DNA of 64,000 nucleotides from Escherichia coli (GTDB lineage Bacteria; Pseudomonadota; Gammaproteobacteria; Enterobacterales; Enterobacteriaceae): NCBI RefSeq assembly GCF_036507355.1, contig NZ_AP027877.1; one strand, 5' to 3'. Shown piece by piece: positions 58,548 to 64,000 of this stretch (position 1 is its first letter; each line of letters starts with the position of its first letter). The notes under the pieces were generated by a model. It saw only the letters and a program-made list of their open reading frames with translations, ran no database searches and was not told where the DNA came from. The position numbers and the translations under genes were made by a program.

Positions 58548-58960
58548 TAACGGCTCAGGCGGCGCATTCGCTCAGACGGAGTAATGATATCGGTGATCCG
58601 CACGCCATATTTATCGGCAACGACCACCACTTCGCCCTGGGCGATTAAATAACCGTTGATCAGAATATCCAGTGGTTCGCCCGCCAGACCGTCCAGCGCC
58701 ACGACGGACCCTTGCGTCAGACGCAACAGCTCTTTGATGGTCATCCGCGTACGGCCCAGCTCGACGGTCAGCTTGACCGGAATATCCATAATCAGGTCGA
58801 TATCCTGCAACGTTCCGCTGACATCACCACCGCCAAATTGCTGGAACACCGCGTCGGCAGCGCTTTTGCTGCTGGTTGATTTTTGTTCGCTCAACGCTTC
58901 AGCCCACAGATCGTCCATTGCGCCGTTGTTGTCATCGGCCGGATTATTCATGTCACTCAT
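58547..58960 (-). CDS. fliN: Flagellar motor switch protein FliN
   Basis: 137-aa ORF. Confidence 0.95.
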   Translation of the reverse strand: MSDMNNPADDNNGAMDDLWAEALSEQKSTSSKSAADAVFQQFGGGDVSGTLQDIDLIMDIPVKLTVELGRTRMTIKELLRLTQGSVVALDGLAGEPLDILINGYLIAQGEVVVVADKYGVRITDIITPSERMRRLSR

Positions 58961-59961
58961 TTGGGCTGTTCCTCGTTCAGAGAATTTAAAATCGGGTTAA
59001 TCAAATGTTCTATCCGTAACGCATACTGACCGTTGAGGGTGCCGTACTGACTGGTCAGTACCGGAACGCCGTCAACATGAGCGATGATGCGATCGGGTTT
59101 TTCTATCGGCAGGACGTCGCCGGGGTTCAGTTTTAAAATCTGCGACAGGCGTAGCGAGATATCGGCAAAGTTGGCGACCAGCTCCAGCTGTGAATGCTGC
59201 ACCTGGCGCACCAGGTTATCGCGCCAGTTCTGATCTTCATTATGCGAGTTTTCCAGCGGCGGGTTAACCAACAATTCCCGTAGCGGCTCGATCATGCTGA
59301 ATGGCAGGCAGATATTAAATTCGCCGGTCAGGTTGCCAATCTCCACATGGAACGGCGTGTTAACCACAATGTCGTTCGGCGAGGTGGTGATATTGGTAAA
59401 TTTCACCTGCATTTCCGAACGCACGTACTCAACTTCCAGCGGATTAATCGCCTTCCATGCGTCGCTATAGCCTTCAAGCGCCAGTTTCAACATGCGGTTG
59501 ATGACGCGCTGTTCGGTATGGGTAAACTCGCGGCCTTCCACTTTGGTCGGGAAGCGTCCATCGCCGCCAAACAGGTTATCCACGGCGATAAACACCAGAC
59601 TCGGCGAGAACACCACCAGCCCTGTGCCGCGCAGCGGTTTCAGATGGATAAGGTTCAGGTTGGTCGGCACCGGCAGGTTGCGGGCAAATTCATGGTACGG
59701 CTGAATGCGGATGGCCCCGACGGTTATATCCGGGCTACGACGCAGCAGGTTGAACAGCCCCATACGAAAATGGCGGGCAAAGCGCTCATTAATGATTTCC
59801 AGCGCCTGCAAACGTTCGCGCACAACCCGTCGTTGGGTATTCGGATCGTACGGACGAATGTCACTTTCGCCGCTAACACTGGCTGTCGGTTCGTCTTTGA
59901 CTTCGCTGTCACCATTCAACAGCGCATCAATTTCAGCTTGAGAAAGAATACTATCGCCCAT
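58957..59961 (-). CDS. fliM: Flagellar motor switch protein FliM
   Basis: 334 aa from MGDSILSQAEIDALL. Confidence 0.95.
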   Translation of the reverse strand: MGDSILSQAEIDALLNGDSEVKDEPTASVSGESDIRPYDPNTQRRVVRERLQALEIINERFARHFRMGLFNLLRRSPDITVGAIRIQPYHEFARNLPVPTNLNLIHLKPLRGTGLVVFSPSLVFIAVDNLFGGDGRFPTKVEGREFTHTEQRVINRMLKLALEGYSDAWKAINPLEVEYVRSEMQVKFTNITTSPNDIVVNTPFHVEIGNLTGEFNICLPFSMIEPLRELLVNPPLENSHNEDQNWRDNLVRQVQHSQLELVANFADISLRLSQILKLNPGDVLPIEKPDRIIAHVDGVPVLTSQYGTLNGQYALRIEHLINPILNSLNEEQPK

Positions 59962-59965
59962 GTCG

Positions 59966-60430
59966 TTATCGCAGAATAAAAGCGGTATACAGCACGTCGG
60001 TGACATCCTGTTTCGGTTGCCCGGCAACAAGCGGGGTGGAAAGCGTGGTTTTAATCTCGGCAATCAGGTTTTTCTTGCCTTCTTCTGTCGCCAGTACGGC
60101 AGCATCCTGACTCGAAAACAGTAACAGCAAACGGCTACGGACTTCCGGCAAATACTCACTCAGCCGCGAGCGGGTAGCTTCATCTTTCAGGCGCAGGGTT
60201 ATGCCGATATAAAGCACGCGATCCGCATCGCCCAGATTGACCGTAAAGGTATCCAGCGCATAGAAGACCGGGGAGGGCACGACGCGTTGCTGCGCTTTGT
60301 CGTCAGCGGCAACCTGATGCGAATGCCAGTAGCTGTAACCTGCGCTGGCACAGGCCGCGAGGGTAATGAATACCAGAATCGGGATCCAAAGCGATCGCTT
60401 GCTTTTCTTGCTTATCGCGTAATCAGTCAT
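59966..60430 (-). CDS. fliL: Flagellar basal-body-associated protein FliL
   Basis: 154-aa single-TM protein. Confidence 0.9.
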   Translation of the reverse strand: MTDYAISKKSKRSLWIPILVFITLAACASAGYSYWHSHQVAADDKAQQRVVPSPVFYALDTFTVNLGDADRVLYIGITLRLKDEATRSRLSEYLPEVRSRLLLLFSSQDAAVLATEEGKKNLIAEIKTTLSTPLVAGQPKQDVTDVLYTAFILR

Positions 60431-60534
60431 GTGTTGCGGTCTTCCTGTGTCGCTACTGCTTATCGGCTAATTATCCTGCGTCTTGAGCGCAACAAAGCGG
60501 GGAAAAGACGCGGATTACGGTGCTACCTCTGACG

Positions 60535-61671
60535 TTAGGCGAAAATATCAACGCCGCTGTTGCCTGTTACACGCCCTTGTAAAGAGACGGGAACCGGAAG
60601 CGTATCGTCGTCTTCCCCCGCCAGAGGTTCATGGTTTGCTGTGCGTTGGCTTTGCTGTTGCTGGGAAGCGGCCTGCTGCTGACCACTAAAGCTTTCGCCA
60701 CTGATGTTGCTTTGCCCTAACTGAATGCCACTTTCGGCCAGCTGCGTACGCAGTACCGGCAGCGCAGCTTCCAGGGCGGCGCGTACGTGTTGATGCGGTG
60801 AAACCATCTGGATTTGCGCCTGGTTATCATCCACTTTGAGGGAGATTTGCACTTCACCTAAATCCTGCGGGTGCAGACGCAACTCTGCACTTTGTTGCCC
60901 CTGGCGGGTGAACAGCGAAATATGCTGGCTTAATGATTGTTGCCATTCGTGAGAACCCAGCGGTGCACTCAAAACAGGCGCGGCGACGGTGGGCAGTGGC
61001 TGTGTCTGGTGTGGAGTGATTAGCGGGCTGGCGGCAGCGGTCACCGGTGAAGGTGTGCTGATGACTTCCGCTTTACTCTGGGCTTCTGCTACCAGCGGTG
61101 TTAATGGCTGAGCTGGCGTGCCGGGGGCATCATCAGGCTGTGCTGTTGTGAGTTGCGCAGAAGTCAGTTTTGTGAAGAGCGTTGGTTTCTCTGCCGGTAA
61201 CACGGTTGACGGCACATCAGTCACTTTGGGCGTATTGTCAAAACCCGGCAACATCGCAAAAAGGGCGCTCAGGCTTGCGGTGACGTCTTCATTCAGATCA
61301 TCCGCTTTTTCGTCTTTTGTCGTATTTTTGTCAGCCACCGCAGCCACCGCAGCCAACGCCATCGTCTGAGCGGTGGTTAACGGTGTTGATGTGGATTGTT
61401 CGTCGTTGATGACAGGCGGTGTTTCATCCACAGGTATCAGTAAATCCGCTTGTTGCGCGTCGGAAACAATATCGCTGATCAGCGGCTCGCCTTTTGTCGT
61501 AGGCTTATCTGTTGCCACCAGCAACTGGGGGGCCGCTTTGTCGGTAGTTGTCTCGCCTGCTAATGCTTCGCTCAACAACGCGAGAAAATCTTGTGCAGCA
61601 TCGCTGGCTTTGCCGCCAGGCAATGTGGTGGTGTCAACGTCGGCGGTAATCAAGGGCGCTAAGCGAATCAT
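60535..61671 (-). CDS. fliK: Flagellar hook-length control protein FliK
   Basis: 378-aa Pro/Gln/Thr-rich protein. Confidence 0.9.
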   Translation of the reverse strand: MIRLAPLITADVDTTTLPGGKASDAAQDFLALLSEALAGETTTDKAAPQLLVATDKPTTKGEPLISDIVSDAQQADLLIPVDETPPVINDEQSTSTPLTTAQTMALAAVAAVADKNTTKDEKADDLNEDVTASLSALFAMLPGFDNTPKVTDVPSTVLPAEKPTLFTKLTSAQLTTAQPDDAPGTPAQPLTPLVAEAQSKAEVISTPSPVTAAASPLITPHQTQPLPTVAAPVLSAPLGSHEWQQSLSQHISLFTRQGQQSAELRLHPQDLGEVQISLKVDDNQAQIQMVSPHQHVRAALEAALPVLRTQLAESGIQLGQSNISGESFSGQQQAASQQQQSQRTANHEPLAGEDDDTLPVPVSLQGRVTGNSGVDIFA

Positions 61672-62111
61672 TCAGGTTTCCTCATGGCGGCGCGCTGGGC
61701 GAACTCATCCATCTTTTTCTGATCGAGGCGGTTTTCTGCAAGCAGTGCCGCCGTGGATTGCCGTTCCTGCAGTGTCTGCTAGGCCTGCAAACGTTGTTTC
61801 TTTTCTCGCCAGCTGTTCAGGGCAATGTCAACTTTCTGCGTCCACTGATTAAGTTGCTGGCGATGCTGAGTAATGGCTTTTTCCAGCGTCTGGATAAACT
61901 GCTGATAGTTGATCCAGCGGTTGCTGGTCATCCCGGCACTCATATCGCTGTTGAGGTTATTGCGATATTCATTCTGATAATCGATCAGCATTTTGAGCTG
62001 TTCTTCCGCCTGCTGACACCCGCGACGCATTTCACCCAGCAGGCGCGCGGCATCCTCTACCTCTTTTTCTGCCAGATCTTTCAGGGTCGCCAGCGCGCCA
62101 TGTTCTGCCAT
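61668..62111 (-). pseudogene. fliJ: Flagellar export chaperone FliJ with in-frame amber stop at codon 111
   Basis: ORF stops at TAG (plus-strand cta 61779..61781); the same frame continues 36 codons to TGA overlapping the fliK start; total exactly 148 codons. Confidence 0.85.
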
Positions 62112-62129
62112 CTGCCGTTATCTCCTGGG

Positions 62130-63503
62130 TTATGACACTGTCGGGAAAATACGCTCCAGCCCCTGGAGAGACGCTTCCCAGTCCGCGCGTTCAAAAATAC
62201 CTTGTTGTAAATAGCCCTCCAGCTGCGGCCACAGGGCGATGGCTTTATCGAGCATCGGATCGCTGCCTTTGGCATACGCGCCGACGCTAACCAGATCGCG
62301 GTTACGCTGAAAACTCGACAACAGCTGTTTGAAGGTGCGCACTCGCGCGTAATGTTGCTCGCTGATCAACGCCGTCATTGCGCGGCTGATCGACGCTTCA
62401 ATATCGATAGCCGGATAGTGCCCGGCTTCCGCCAGTCGGCGAGACAGCACAATGTGACCGTCGAGGATCGCCCGCGCGGAGTCGGCAATGGGGTCCTGCT
62501 GGTCATCGCCTTCAGTAAGCACGGTATAAAACGCGGTAATCGAGCCGCCGCCGCTAATGCCATTTCCGGCACGCTCGACCAGTGCCGGTAATTTGGCAAA
62601 CACCGACGGTGGATAACCTTTGGTGGCGGGTGGTTCGCCAATCGCCAGCGCAATTTCACGCTGGGCCATCGCGTAGCGGGTGAGGGAGTCCATAATCAGC
62701 AACACATGCTGACCACGATCGCGAAAATCTTCGGCAATGCGCGTGGCATAGGCGGCACCTTGCATTCGCAGGAGCGGAGAAACATCCGCCGGAGCAGCAA
62801 TCACCACTGAGCGTGCACGCCCTTCAGCACCGAGGATATTCTCAATGAAATCTTTTACTTCGCGCCCACGTTCACCAATCAAACCCACGACAATGACATC
62901 GGCGCGGGTGTAACGGGCCATCATCCCCAGCAGCACACTTTTACCGACACCAGAACCAGCAAACAGACCCATACGCTGCCCGCGCCCGACGGTAAGCAGG
63001 GCATTGATTGGGCGCACGCCGGTGTCCAGCACATGTTCAATCGGTGTACGTTGCAATGGGTTAAATGGTGGGGTAATCAGCGCACCGGTTTCCGTCGTAT
63101 CGGGGGAGGGCAGGCCATCGAGCGGTTTACCGCTGCCGTCCAGAACGCGACCTAATAACGCCGGACCGAGCGGCAACTGTTTGCCGCTTTGCAGCCCTTC
63201 TGCCGAAATGTTTTTGGCATAAACACGCGCGCCGGGCAGGACACCTTCGACTTCCTCCAGCGGCATTAAAAACAGCCGTTGACCGTTAAAGCCAACGACT
63301 TCGCTTTCTACTTCGTGCGTTTCGCTGCCCTTCTGGCGCTCAATGACACAGGTTGCGCCGAGCGGCAATTGTAATCCGGTGGCTTCCAACACCAACCCGG
63401 TAGCGCGAGTTAATCGCCCGTAGCGACGTACCGCAGGCAACTGCGCCATTTTGGCTTCAAAGTTATCCAGCGTGGTTAGCCAGCGAGTCAGGCGCGTGGT
63501 CAT
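62130..63503 (-). CDS. fliI: Flagellum-specific ATPase FliI
   Basis: 457 aa with Walker A (GSGVGKS). Confidence 0.95.
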   Translation of the reverse strand: MTTRLTRWLTTLDNFEAKMAQLPAVRRYGRLTRATGLVLEATGLQLPLGATCVIERQKGSETHEVESEVVGFNGQRLFLMPLEEVEGVLPGARVYAKNISAEGLQSGKQLPLGPALLGRVLDGSGKPLDGLPSPDTTETGALITPPFNPLQRTPIEHVLDTGVRPINALLTVGRGQRMGLFAGSGVGKSVLLGMMARYTRADVIVVGLIGERGREVKDFIENILGAEGRARSVVIAAPADVSPLLRMQGAAYATRIAEDFRDRGQHVLLIMDSLTRYAMAQREIALAIGEPPATKGYPPSVFAKLPALVERAGNGISGGGSITAFYTVLTEGDDQQDPIADSARAILDGHIVLSRRLAEAGHYPAIDIEASISRAMTALISEQHYARVRTFKQLLSSFQRNRDLVSVGAYAKGSDPMLDKAIALWPQLEGYLQQGIFERADWEASLQGLERIFPTVS

Positions 63504-64000
63504 TACACCACTCCTGGTGCTGCCAGACGGCAGAGTTCTTGCCAGCGGGTGGCGACACTGGCGTCGAGATCGCCTTCATCGGCGGAGACTTTACAGCCGC
63601 CAGGATGGAGGGTGGGATCGCCCCGCAAGCGCCAGCCATGCAAACTTAAGGTAGCGCCGAGCATATCATCCACACGTTGCAGATCATCCGGGTGCACGCG
63701 CAGCTGTGGTTTACCGCTGAATAACGGTTCTTGCTGCAACAACTGTTGGATCTGTTTGATCAGTGCCGAGTTATCCACCGTTGGCGTCTGACCGATCACC
63801 TGACGTGCCGCCTCCAGCGCCATCTGCATCAGGCGCGAAGCAATCACACTATCAAGCGCATCAAGGGTAGTTTGAAATTCGCTGACCAGTTGCTGCATCC
63901 GGGTATGAATCGGTGCTTGTTGAGACTTCGCCTCTGCCAGACCTTGTTCCAGTCCCTGGGCCAGGCCTTCCTGATAGCCCTGCTTATGACCTTGCTGGCG
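63503..64000 (-). CDS. fliH: Flagellar assembly protein FliH, 5' end outside window
   Basis: C-terminal part of FliH; gene runs past the window end. Confidence 0.85.
   Translation of the reverse strand, partial: RQQGHKQGYQEGLAQGLEQGLAEAKSQQAPIHTRMQQLVSEFQTTLDALDSVIASRLMQMALEAARQVIGQTPTVDNSALIKQIQQLLQQEPLFSGKPQLRVHPDDLQRVDDMLGATLSLHGWRLRGDPTLHPGGCKVSADEGDLDASVATRWQELCRLAAPGVV

Overview
Enterobacterial (E. coli / Shigella-type) chromosomal segment matching the K-12 yeeE to fliH region, in inverted orientation relative to K-12 numbering. All calls are by eye from the sequence and the supplied ORF track; no database search was run. Core content: yeeED, sbcB, dacD, sbmC (with LexA box), yeeA, yeeX, cobUST, ldtA, nac, cbl, yeeO, yeeN, amn, shiA, mtfA, yodB, zinT (with Zur box), msrPQ, hiuH, hprRS, hchA, an OmpC-family porin, yedJ, dcm-vsr, yedA, yedI, yodC, yedP, dsrA, yodD, dsrB, rcsA and the flagellar genes fliR to fliH. 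Four tRNA-Asn genes and tRNA-Ser are present. Accessory content: (1) a 4.5-kb P22-like prophage remnant carrying gtrABC between sbcB and dacD; (2) an 8.1-kb integrative island at tRNA-Asn (asnU) with a P4-type integrase, a compact stand-alone reverse transcriptase split by IS1, a second tyrosine recombinase, Ner-like and tandem XRE regulators, and a ShoB/ZorO-like type I toxin candidate; (3) an IS3-family element that truncates yeeJ. The CP4-44 prophage that sits between cobU and yeeX in K-12 is absent. Several core genes carry inactivating point lesions (fliJ amber, dgcQ +1 frameshift, yedR in-frame TGA). The best candidate for an undescribed system is the asnU island, specifically the reverse transcriptase with its 660-bp structured ORF-free leader; its subtype cannot be assigned without profile searches.
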